IMG/VR virus record: IMGVR_UViG_3300035180_004116
Location: 1-57,135 of that record
Strand: one strand, 5' to 3'
Source: a virus
Lineage: Duplodnaviria > Caudoviricetes
Length of the DNA stretch: 57,135 nucleotides
Below the pieces are notes generated by a model, which saw nothing but the letters and a program-made list of their open reading frames with translations, searched no databases and was not told the DNA's origin. Below are positions 26,363 through 34,893 of the stretch, piece after piece. How positions within the stretch are numbered: the stretch's first letter is position 1; every line of letters begins with the position of its first letter. A program made the position numbers and the translations under genes.

Positions 26363-27898
26363 TCACGTGATTGACACTGCGGTTGCCAAGCCAACTTCAA
26401 GTCCGGTCGCCGACGAGGAGCCGGTAATAACGATCTGGATGAGACGGGACGTCGAGGTGGCGTCGACTTCGACGACGGAGCCGAAGTTCGCCTGGCCGAG
26501 GCTGGTGCTGACCGCCTGCGTCGAGCCAACGGTGGCGCCGTCAACAGCGAGCTGAATGGTGCAGGTGCCGGCCGAGAGCTTGTAGCCCCAGCCGGTGAAG
26601 CGCATCTTGCAGCCATAGATCCTGGCCACGTAGACGGTGGCGTTAGTGACGGAACCGCTGTTGAAGTAGTCCTTGGAGTTGACCGCCCAGATGGTCGGCA
26701 TCTGGGTGAGCGGCACTTTGGCCGTGCTGTCCAGGCTGGCAGCGCCGTTGGCCGCACCCAGATAGGTCTTCGGCACCAGGGTCGAGAAGTCGATGTTGCC
26801 ATATTCGAGCGCGGTGCCGGTGCCGTTGACCCGGAGATATTGGCTGGCATTGCTGGTCAAGAAGGCCGGCAGCGAACTGGCAGGGTTCGTCGCCAGCCAT
26901 TGGGTGCCGGTGTAGAACTTGAGCTGGTTAGGCGTCTGACTGGTGTCGAGCCAGAGATCGGTGACGGAGGGCGAAGAGGGTGTAGAGGCAGCAGCGGTGA
27001 TCTGGGCTTTGCCGATCAAGGTCGCGGCAAGGGCGTTAACCTTCGACTGCGGGATCTGATTGTCAGCAATCTGAAGCTTGGCGTAGTCGATGAAGCCGTT
27101 GGGGGCGTAGACGTCTTCCAACATCAGGCCGCCGACATTCTTGATGGCCGTGTTATCGACCGTCATGATCGTGACCTTGTCGCCTGAGCTGAGCGAGGTC
27201 ATGAAGGTGATGGTGTCTGAGTCCGGACTGTTTGTGTAGTCGGCGGCGCCGCCGGGACGCTGAAGCAGGCCATTGCGATACACGAGGAGACTTTCGTCGG
27301 CGGTGTGCGCAAACGGGAAGACGGCCTGTGCCGCTGCTGAAACCAGATCCGAGCGACGGTAGTCGGCCACCTGATTGACGCGGACGGAATAGATCGTGAC
27401 CTTGTCGTTGAGCGCGAGGCCACTCAGGAAGGTGACAGTGTTGTTGATGTCGGAGATGGTGTAGATGCCAGACGACGGCTGAAGCAGGCCGTTAACATAG
27501 ACCAGGATGTCGTCAGTGGTGCTGTCGATGTTGTAGCTGAAGACAGTCTGGCTGGCGGCGGCGGTGAAGTCCTGGCGGTTGTAGAAGAACGGGCCTTCGA
27601 TCAGGCCGAGATCCTTGCCGGCCGCACCGCGCAGGTCGCTTGCGGTGGCGACGTTGTTCCAGCCGTCACCGTCGTTGATCCACAGGCCGATGCGATATTG
27701 CAGGCCAAGGATTGGGTCGAAACGGAACTGGATCGGACCATCGAAGTCGCCGTTGTCATCGAAGATTTGGGCGAACAGCTCGCCAACCGTCTTGTCGCCA
27801 AGCTCAGCCACATTGAGGTAGCGAATGATGTTCTCGAACTCGGCATTGATGTTCGAGCTGGAGACATAGTTCTGGGAATTCAGTTGGCGCAGCCGCAT
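26363..27898 (-). CDS. Tail appendage/fibre-like structural protein (511 aa)
   Basis: N-domain homologous to the tail fibre; two VYxNGLLQ...Y...TxTF...DKVTI beta repeats. Confidence 0.7.
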   Translation of the reverse strand: MRLRQLNSQNYVSSSNINAEFENIIRYLNVAELGDKTVGELFAQIFDDNGDFDGPIQFRFDPILGLQYRIGLWINDGDGWNNVATASDLRGAAGKDLGLIEGPFFYNRQDFTAAASQTVFSYNIDSTTDDILVYVNGLLQPSSGIYTISDINNTVTFLSGLALNDKVTIYSVRVNQVADYRRSDLVSAAAQAVFPFAHTADESLLVYRNGLLQRPGGAADYTNSPDSDTITFMTSLSSGDKVTIMTVDNTAIKNVGGLMLEDVYAPNGFIDYAKLQIADNQIPQSKVNALAATLIGKAQITAAASTPSSPSVTDLWLDTSQTPNQLKFYTGTQWLATNPASSLPAFLTSNASQYLRVNGTGTALEYGNIDFSTLVPKTYLGAANGAASLDSTAKVPLTQMPTIWAVNSKDYFNSGSVTNATVYVARIYGCKMRFTGWGYKLSAGTCTIQLAVDGATVGSTQAVSTSLGQANFGSVVEVDATSTSRLIQIVITGSSSATGLEVGLATAVSIT

Positions 27899-27909
27899 CT
27901 CTATCCTCG

Positions 27910-29403
27910 TTACGCTCGAACCAGCACCGCGAAGCCAGTGACCTTGAGGAGCTTGTTGCCCTTGGCAGTCAGACGGAACTGGACGCCGCGATATCGGTGC
28001 TCAAATTTGCGTTCGTACTGACGTGATAGCGGGACGTCTGGGAAGTTGTCGTCCTCTGCCAGGTCATCCACGTCAAACTTGATGGCGCTGAGCTGGTGGC
28101 CCTGTTCGTCGAAGGCTTCGACGGTAATCTCGCCGGCCCCGGTCGCCTGAAGAACGATGTGGGTCGAATCCTTGATATCGTTGAGCGCGCCGTGCCAGAA
28201 GATCGGTGTGGTGACGACCATGTCAGGAGCGAACTGCGCGTCGTCCTCAGGATTGAAGCGTTGCCAGATGCCGCCGGACGTGCCGAGCAGGTAAGTGCCA
28301 CCCAGGCCGCAGCCGCAGCGGGCATTGAGATAGTCCGAGGTGGACCATTTGACTTCACCCTGGCCGTCCGGCGGCAGGGTCATGGTCAGCTCGGTCGAGA
28401 GCTGTTCGGTCTGGGGGAAATAGACGTGATACTGATAGTTGTCCTGGTCGAACCAGGCATTGATCATCTCGGGGTCGGGGACGTACTTGACCAGCCGGCG
28501 GTAGAGATACTGGATCTTCTGGCTGAGCGGGACCGAGAAGATCGTCAGGCCGTTCTGCTCGGAGCGGTGGATCGAATGGACACCTGAGCGCGAGCAGAAC
28601 AGCAGGTCGAGGCCGGCTTGGGCGATCGTGTTGTGACTGACAGTGCCAACCTTGATGTTGGACTTATCGTCGATTTCCCATTTCGTGTAGTCGGGGTTGA
28701 GGTTGTAGACCAGGGTGGCATCGTCGGTGAAGACGGCGAGCTTGTTCTGCTCAAAGGCGCCGATACCTTTGACCTTGTCAGACGTTCCAAGCAAGTTGCG
28801 GACGTCGATGTCAGACGCCTGGGTGACGGACTTCTCGTCCTTAGCCTCGTCGTCCGGGAAGAAGTCGGCATTGTCGACACGGGAGATTTGGACGCGCGTG
28901 TCTTCGCCAATCACGCCGGCAATGGCCAGGCGGCGCTGCACGGTGGCAAGATAGGCCGGTTTCGGGTTTGTGTTGGACTTGATCGCCTCGAAGGCGGCGC
29001 CGTTGTAGCGGTACATTTGCTCGCCGCGGGCGGCCAGATAGACCGATCCGTTGAAGATCTGGGAAGTGGGGATGGCGTTGCGCTGCCAGATTTCGGTCAT
29101 GACGGTGCCGTTCTCGGAGCGCAGGTTGGTGCCACCCCCACTGAATTCAGCCCAGACGGACCGGTCGCGGCCATAAAAGTTAATGTGCTTGATGGTGCGT
29201 TCGGTGGAAGTCGAGCGTGGCTGAACGCCTGGCGCCTTGACGATCGCGCCCTGGTAGTCACAGAAGCCGTTGACCAGGCCGACCAGGTGCTGTTGATCCG
29301 GCGTTTCGAGCGCGGCTTTGTCGCGAACGGTATCGAGGCCCATGAAGTTCTCATAGGCGTAGGGTTTGACGCTGATACCCTTCTTGGAAATATAGAGGCT
29401 CAT
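27910..29403 (-). CDS. Tail nozzle/head-stabilisation protein (P22 gp10/T7 gp12-like role)
   Basis: Beta-rich 497-aa protein; F.GL start and position after the adaptor. Confidence 0.7.
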   Translation of the reverse strand: MSLYISKKGISVKPYAYENFMGLDTVRDKAALETPDQQHLVGLVNGFCDYQGAIVKAPGVQPRSTSTERTIKHINFYGRDRSVWAEFSGGGTNLRSENGTVMTEIWQRNAIPTSQIFNGSVYLAARGEQMYRYNGAAFEAIKSNTNPKPAYLATVQRRLAIAGVIGEDTRVQISRVDNADFFPDDEAKDEKSVTQASDIDVRNLLGTSDKVKGIGAFEQNKLAVFTDDATLVYNLNPDYTKWEIDDKSNIKVGTVSHNTIAQAGLDLLFCSRSGVHSIHRSEQNGLTIFSVPLSQKIQYLYRRLVKYVPDPEMINAWFDQDNYQYHVYFPQTEQLSTELTMTLPPDGQGEVKWSTSDYLNARCGCGLGGTYLLGTSGGIWQRFNPEDDAQFAPDMVVTTPIFWHGALNDIKDSTHIVLQATGAGEITVEAFDEQGHQLSAIKFDVDDLAEDDNFPDVPLSRQYERKFEHRYRGVQFRLTAKGNKLLKVTGFAVLVRA

Positions 29404-29948
29404 ACGTCGTCCGGTCCGAAGTCGTTGGCGAGGGTGAGCGGGTCAGACGTGGACATGCCTTGGCCGGTGTTGTCGATGTCGTAGCCTTGCAGCTCAGGGC
29501 GGCCAGGACCTTTCCACCGGTTGTAGAGAGTGCGGTTCATGGTGCGGAAATAGCGCGGCCCCTTGGTCTGGACCTTCTGGGATTCCTGCTGGACGGCATA
29601 GTAATATTGGAGGCCGGCGATCATGATGGGGTCAGGGATCGGCCGGGTCTCGGATTGCGATCGGTAATAGTCGATGCTGCCGCCGGTCCAGTATGGGTGG
29701 TGGCGCATCTCCTCGACGATCTCATTGGCGAAATCGATGAACATCGACATGACGTCGCCATCGATGACGCCAGGATTTGACTCGCCGTATTGGCGAAGCG
29801 CCCGCATCACCAGATCATCCAGACTTGCGTATGGCGTATGGCGCTGTGGGCTGCTGGACGAAAAGCCGACGGCACGAACGCCGGAGCCGCGCGTTGGCCC
29901 CTCGCGTCGGTTCTCGGTGGCGTTGGCGGTGTCGACTTTGTCGCCCAT
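29400..29948 (-). CDS. Head-tail adaptor (tail tubular A-like)
   Basis: Size, helical LVMRALRQYGE pattern and synteny. Confidence 0.55.
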   Translation of the reverse strand: MGDKVDTANATENRREGPTRGSGVRAVGFSSSSPQRHTPYASLDDLVMRALRQYGESNPGVIDGDVMSMFIDFANEIVEEMRHHPYWTGGSIDYYRSQSETRPIPDPIMIAGLQYYYAVQQESQKVQTKGPRYFRTMNRTLYNRWKGPGRPELQGYDIDNTGQGMSTSDPLTLANDFGPDDV

Positions 29949-29951
29949 GGG

Positions 29952-30269
29952 TTACTCCGCGTCGATGATGCGGCCGGTCATGTAGAACTCGTGCATGCGG
30001 AAGCGATGCGCGATTTCGGCCGGGACAATCCAGGTCAGGTGGGTATGGTCGGGGTTCCAGCCGGAATGGATGACTTCGCCGGCACACAGGATCGGGATCG
30101 GGTGCGCCTCTGGATTGGCGCTGACGAAGACGACCGAGCTTTCGTCCTGCTTTTTGACCTTGGACCCGACGTCCTTGGCTTTGGTGATTGCGGCTTTCTT
30201 GGGAGCCGCCGCAACGATCTTATTAACGTCTGACTCTGGCGCCTGGTCTTGGGTGGGGGTGTCGTCCAT
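29952..30269 (-). CDS. Hypothetical protein after the capsid gene
   Basis: ACATGGAGAT RBS. Confidence 0.65.
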   Translation of the reverse strand: MDDTPTQDQAPESDVNKIVAAAPKKAAITKAKDVGSKVKKQDESSVVFVSANPEAHPIPILCAGEVIHSGWNPDHTHLTWIVPAEIAHRFRMHEFYMTGRIIDAE

Positions 30270-30285
30270 TGGGATCTCCATGTGG

Positions 30286-30310
30286 AAAAGGGGCCGGTTT
30301 CCCGGCCCCC
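30286..30310 (-). terminator. Rho-independent terminator after the major capsid gene
   Basis: GGGGCCGG-gaaa-CCGGCCCC-TTTT on minus strand. Confidence 0.85.
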
Positions 30311-30343
30311 GATCCTCGCTCTCGGTAAGGGCGATGTCGTCCC

Positions 30344-31531
30344 TTAGGACAGCTTGGTCCAGTTCTTCAGAACGTAGTGCGGCAACGCCGAGGTCAGCTC
30401 CAGACCGGCTTCGGTCTGGTAATAATGCTTGACGCCGTCGTAGTCGTTGTTCTGGACGTTCCGCTTCAACTGCGTGTCGCGGCCCGCCATGTAGCGATAG
30501 CCAATGTTGGCCATGTCCAGGATGATCGCGGTGCTATCGTAGCCCGGAAGCTGACGGAACATCGGATGGAGCTGGACCAGCAGGTCGCCGGCAAAGGTCG
30601 AGTAGCGGGTGAACTGGACGCCATAGGCGTTGCTCACCTGCATCGGCGACCACTTGTTCTTGGCGATCTGCATGAGGTTGGAGACCACACGCGGGCCGGC
30701 GAACATCACCTTCTCGCTGCTGCCCCAGGCGAAGAACTGTTCGATCAGGAGGCGATCGAACTCCGCTTCGGTGATGGCATTGGCGACGGTGAAGCCCGAG
30801 GCCGCGTCGACAACGTTGCTGATCAGGTTCAGCAGGCCGCCAGTGTAGCGGGTCGGGTTGGCCGAGGTGCCATTGATGATGTCGCGCTTGCCGAAGAAGA
30901 AGGCACGCTCGATGTCGCTCATGTGGAGCTTCAGCGCCTTCATCAGGGCTTCCTGCTCCTTCGACCCAGTACGCAGATAGGTGTTCTGCAAGGTGCCCGA
31001 AACCTGGACGGACGTCTTGAAGATCTGCGTGTAGTTGTAGTCGACGGTCGCATCGAACGAGATGGCGGTCGGGGCTGAACCAGCTTCCGTGTCGGCGAAG
31101 CCGGCGAAGAAGAGGTAATCAGACGCGCCAGACGAGGCAACACCAGTGCCGCCGTTACCGATGCCGCGGCTGACGGTGATCGAGGTGGCGCCAGCGGTGG
31201 AGTCGGCGGTGACGCGCATCAATTCGCCGGTCGCCGGGTCGAACAACAGGGTGCCGGCCATCAGGAGGGCAGTGTTGTCATTGGCGGTGACGGAGATCGT
31301 AGTCGCAACGTTGGTGAAGGCGGCCGAGGCACGCAGCACTTTGTCCGGGAGCTGGTCACGGAAGTGGTTGTACTTCGGGTCATCGGTGGATTGGGAATTG
31401 GCCATGGCCAACAGCGCCTGAAGCGGAGCCGAGCCATTCGGTTCCATCAGGGTAAACAGTTCGCGGTAGTTCGTGGGGCGGAAATCAGTGTTGAACTGAC
31501 CAGTGCCCCGAAGTCCAACGATAGCAGTCAT
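30344..31531 (-). CDS. Major capsid protein (DUF5309/SU10-like)
   Basis: NYTQIFKTSVQVSGT, LHMSDIERAFFFG, RYTGGL, YQTEAGLE; strong RBS, terminator, follows the scaffold. Confidence 0.88.
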   Translation of the reverse strand: MTAIVGLRGTGQFNTDFRPTNYRELFTLMEPNGSAPLQALLAMANSQSTDDPKYNHFRDQLPDKVLRASAAFTNVATTISVTANDNTALLMAGTLLFDPATGELMRVTADSTAGATSITVSRGIGNGGTGVASSGASDYLFFAGFADTEAGSAPTAISFDATVDYNYTQIFKTSVQVSGTLQNTYLRTGSKEQEALMKALKLHMSDIERAFFFGKRDIINGTSANPTRYTGGLLNLISNVVDAASGFTVANAITEAEFDRLLIEQFFAWGSSEKVMFAGPRVVSNLMQIAKNKWSPMQVSNAYGVQFTRYSTFAGDLLVQLHPMFRQLPGYDSTAIILDMANIGYRYMAGRDTQLKRNVQNNDYDGVKHYYQTEAGLELTSALPHYVLKNWTKLS

Positions 31532-31673
31532 TGCTATCTCCTTTCGGGATCAAAGACACACCAAGGGTTTTGGTGGACCTTCGGGCTGGGCCAGGGTTCA
31601 CACTGGTGAGGGCCTTACTTGTCCGGCGAGATCTGGTGCAGGCCGAAGCGTGCGGTTCGATCTCTCGACGCAA

Positions 31674-31705
31674 AAAGTAAGGGGTGAGACGAATACCTGT
31701 CGTCC
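31674..31705 (-). promoter_or_regulatory. Putative late promoter for the capsid gene
   Basis: GGACGAC-N19-TACTTT. Confidence 0.6.
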
Positions 31706-31732
31706 CACCCCTGCCATCGCAGGCAACTTTTT

Positions 31733-32761
31733 TTAGCGACCGATGTTGCGGCGGTCGTAGATTTGGTTGGTGACTGCGCCGATCAGATCCTGATCTGGGT
31801 TTGCCTGCGGCGTCACACCGCTGGTGCCAGGGGCGCCATCGACTGCTCCAGTGAAGGCTTGACGACGTTGGGCCACATGACGCAGACGGTCCATTTCTGG
31901 ACTTGCCATGTTGTTCTTGAAGTCCGTCACGACCGCCATGGTGAGCTTGGGGTCGATGAAGTCTTCGAAGGTGTAGCCACGGCTGAAGGCGAAGTTGTAG
32001 AAGTCCTGCTCCGCACTGTCGGGCAGGCCAAGCTTCTGCTGGGCGGCGTTCAAGTTGGCTGCCGCCTGTTGCTGAAGGGCGCTGGCCTGGGTGTTCTTGG
32101 CAGCATTAAGCTGACTGCCGGCGGCAGCGGTGACGCCAGCCTGGCCCTGGAGAACGCCCTTGAGCAGGTTGGCCAACTCAATCTGGTTCTGCTGGATCGA
32201 CTGGATGGCATTCATATTCTCGCGGTAGCCGGGCGGCAGGGAAGCGGCATTGTCCTCTTCCCACTTCTTGAACATGGCTTCCGGGTCGTTGGCGTTTGGT
32301 GCGGCCGGTGTCGGCTGGCGATCGGCGGCTGCACCTTCGACCGGATTCTTGGAGAATGCCTTCGCCGCGGCGCGCAGATAGTCGGCGATATCCTTGCCGC
32401 TGACGTCCTGGCCTGACTGCTTCATGGCAGCGGCGATTTCATGGGCGATCCCGAGAACGTCCTGGTAAGGGGCCACCTCCGTCTGGTGACGATAGTTGAG
32501 GTCGGCATACCGCTTGGCCGTCCCGGCGATTTGGCTGGCAGTCAGCTCGCGCTTCTGGCCATTGCCGAAATCGACGATATAAGTGACCGGCTCGGCTGCT
32601 TGCTGGCTGGCTTCGGTTGCCGGAGCCGTGGCGTCCTGGACCTGTTCGTTTTGGGTCGGCGGCGCATCGGCGGGGCGCGGCGGGGCGGCCGGTGGCTGGG
32701 GCGGTGCGCCCAGACGTTGGGCTGCAATGTCACTGATAGTCTGGGTGTCAATCGGGTCCAT
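31733..32761 (-). CDS. Capsid scaffolding protein
   Basis: Pro/Ala/Gln-rich helical protein directly upstream of the capsid gene. Confidence 0.75.
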   Translation of the reverse strand: MDPIDTQTISDIAAQRLGAPPQPPAAPPRPADAPPTQNEQVQDATAPATEASQQAAEPVTYIVDFGNGQKRELTASQIAGTAKRYADLNYRHQTEVAPYQDVLGIAHEIAAAMKQSGQDVSGKDIADYLRAAAKAFSKNPVEGAAADRQPTPAAPNANDPEAMFKKWEEDNAASLPPGYRENMNAIQSIQQNQIELANLLKGVLQGQAGVTAAAGSQLNAAKNTQASALQQQAAANLNAAQQKLGLPDSAEQDFYNFAFSRGYTFEDFIDPKLTMAVVTDFKNNMASPEMDRLRHVAQRRQAFTGAVDGAPGTSGVTPQANPDQDLIGAVTNQIYDRRNIGR

Positions 32762-33062
32762 GGTTATCCTCTCCGGCCATAGCGGGGTCTGGCATTGCTT
32801 GGGCTGCCTCCATCATCAGATCGTTCTCGATCTTTTGGGTCAGACGGTCAGGCACGTTCTTGAAGTTCTGTGCGGCGAATATTGCACCGCGACGGAAGTG
32901 CATTTCGTCCCCTGTCATTTGGGCTGAGACGGCCATGCCATAAGCGGCACGGACTACGTCCTGGTCGATCGCCTCGCAGAGGTACTGCCAGCCGGGGCTG
33001 GCCAAGAGGGATTTGAGCGCCGACAGCTTTTCGGCCTGGGCGCGGACCTCGCTTTCAGTCAT
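32748..33062 (-). CDS. Small conserved head-module protein
   Basis: LLASPGWQYL...FRRGAI pattern typical of the gene between portal and scaffold. Confidence 0.6.
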   Translation of the reverse strand: MTESEVRAQAEKLSALKSLLASPGWQYLCEAIDQDVVRAAYGMAVSAQMTGDEMHFRRGAIFAAQNFKNVPDRLTQKIENDLMMEAAQAMPDPAMAGEDNHGPD

Positions 33063-33766
33063 GTCTTGATGATCTTGTTGAAGATGATGACGGGGGGGAC
33101 GGTGTTATGCGGGAGGTCGGCGCCGGCAGAGTTGATGCCGAGTGGCAGGAGGTTGGTCCGACTTCCGTAAAGGGCGTTGCCATAGTAGCCATTCGTGCCA
33201 GTCGTGCCGTACTGGGGAGTCGTGCCAGAGAAGGTGTGGCTGTGGCTGGGCATTTCGTTGTAGGTGAGCTGATGGTTCTGCTCGCCACCCACGGCGCCAA
33301 GGGTAGTACCGACGACGGACCCGGTTGTTCCGGTCAGACGTGACGCGGCGGTGCCACCCATATCGTCCTTGCCGGCAGTAAAGCGGCCACGGCAATCGGG
33401 GATGCCGAAGGTGGTGGTGCCGTTGCCGGCGCCGTAAGTCGTGCCAATCGCCGTGAAGAGCGCAGCATAGGTGGTCCGGCTGACGGTCGATCCGTCGCAC
33501 AGAAGGTAGCCGGGTGGCGCGGTCGTACCGGCATAGTCGAAGACGGTCCCAGGATAGACCGTGGTGATGCCGGTGAGCTGGGAGCCGTCAACGGCGGGGA
33601 GGCGGCTGCTGCCGTCGAGCTTGACGAGCTGGTTGGGACCGGTGCCGATATTGGTGAGGTTCGATCCGTCGACGGCAGGCAGCTTCCCCGATCCATCCAA
33701 TTGGACGATCTTGAGAGCCGATGTACCAACGTCAATGACGTTGCCTGTCGCCTTCGAGATGGGCAT
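33059..33766 (-). CDS. Tail collar domain protein
   Basis: PGTVFDYAG..APPGYLLCDG...YAALFTAIGTTYG...TTFGIPDCRGR; two LDGSxxLPAVDGS repeats. Confidence 0.88.
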   Translation of the reverse strand: MPISKATGNVIDVGTSALKIVQLDGSGKLPAVDGSNLTNIGTGPNQLVKLDGSSRLPAVDGSQLTGITTVYPGTVFDYAGTTAPPGYLLCDGSTVSRTTYAALFTAIGTTYGAGNGTTTFGIPDCRGRFTAGKDDMGGTAASRLTGTTGSVVGTTLGAVGGEQNHQLTYNEMPSHSHTFSGTTPQYGTTGTNGYYGNALYGSRTNLLPLGINSAGADLPHNTVPPVIIFNKIIKT

Positions 33767-34068
33767 CAGATGCCGCCGTTACCTTCCGCGATGTAGAGGC
33801 TGGCCGTCTGGGTCGCGGCACAAATCGCCGCGATGGTGTCGGTGCTGATCGACTTCTTCAGATGGACAGAGGTGTTGGCCAAGATCGGCATGTCGGTGAG
33901 GACGGCTGTCTGGGCGCCCGTACCCATGCGGATGAAGGCGGTGTTGGGTCCGGTATTGGTGATGCGGACACTGCCTTCGTCTTTGTTGACGGTGGCACTG
34001 GCACTGGTCTGGGAGGCGGCCAGGATCTGGCAGCTACGGATCTGGAATGCCTGAAGGTTGGTGATCAT
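33766..34068 (-). CDS. Small beta-rich virion protein
   Basis: 100-aa ORF in the fibre cassette with a GAGGA RBS. Confidence 0.6.
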   Translation of the reverse strand: MITNLQAFQIRSCQILAASQTSASATVNKDEGSVRITNTGPNTAFIRMGTGAQTAVLTDMPILANTSVHLKKSISTDTIAAICAATQTASLYIAEGNGGI

Positions 34069-34445
34069 GGGTTCCTCTTTCGGGTCGGGTCGTCCTGGAT
34101 TCGATATTCGTTGAGCCGGTCAAGAAGTTCGGCCACCAGATCGTTGGTGCGTGACGTGTTGTCCTGGAGGTTCTTCAGGCGCTCTTCGAGGACAGCGAGG
34201 GACTTTTGCGTCGTCTTTATTTCGTCCTGCGCATGCTCAAAAGCGGCAAGCCTCGTTTCGACGTTCTGCATCTGTTGGTTGATGCCAGACGCCCACCAGG
34301 CGATGCAGACGATCTGGCCAATCATCAGCGCGACGCTGGCCACCGGGATATGTTTGTCGATGATCCAAGCGGACCCGGATTTGTTACTGGCCACGTCGTC
34401 AGCCTCGTCAATATGGTCATGCGGAATATTGTTGTGATGGTCCAT
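34065..34445 (-). CDS. Single-TM coiled-coil membrane protein
   Basis: One hydrophobic helix followed by heptads; AAAGGA RBS. Confidence 0.65.
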   Translation of the reverse strand: MDHHNNIPHDHIDEADDVASNKSGSAWIIDKHIPVASVALMIGQIVCIAWWASGINQQMQNVETRLAAFEHAQDEIKTTQKSLAVLEERLKNLQDNTSRTNDLVAELLDRLNEYRIQDDPTRKRNP

Positions 34446-34458
34446 GGCTGTCGTCCTT

Positions 34459-34893
34459 TCAGAACACCACAGCATCCGCGGCATCGCGGTCGCCACTGTT
34501 TGTCGCCTGGATGATTGCCGTGCGAGCGGTCCACTTGCGATACATGAGAGCTTCGAATGCAGCCTTGGCGAACTGTCCCATGGCGAGCATGTCGTCTGGG
34601 GTTGGGACGCTGAGTGGCATATTGTCACCCATCATCCAGATGGTTCCGGGATTCCAGGTCCCGGCGCCGAGCTTGACGGCCAAGGCGGATGCCGCGGCGC
34701 CATCGAGGTTCCGGCGATCCTGGTCGCGGATCTGGAGAGGGCGGCCGTTATAGTCGACCGGCTTTTCCAATTCGTTGTTCAAGCTGCATTCGATGCGCCA
34801 CAAATTCTGCTCGATGACTTGCGCATCCGTGCGCGTGTCGATGCGCGAAACGAACTTGCCTTCACGATCATAGATCTCAAGGACGTCGCCCAT
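34459..34893 (-). CDS. Tail fibre assembly chaperone (DUF4376-like)
   Basis: Q.RDQDRRNL, WMMGDN, C-terminal AVVF; directly after the fibre gene. Confidence 0.7.
   Translation of the reverse strand: MGDVLEIYDREGKFVSRIDTRTDAQVIEQNLWRIECSLNNELEKPVDYNGRPLQIRDQDRRNLDGAAASALAVKLGAGTWNPGTIWMMGDNMPLSVPTPDDMLAMGQFAKAAFEALMYRKWTARTAIIQATNSGDRDAADAVVF

Noticed and set aside
26362-26850. N-terminal extension of track ORF 25138..26850
   Set aside because: Overlaps the 511-aa gene out of frame and reads as Arg/Pro/Ser junk; real start taken as 26361
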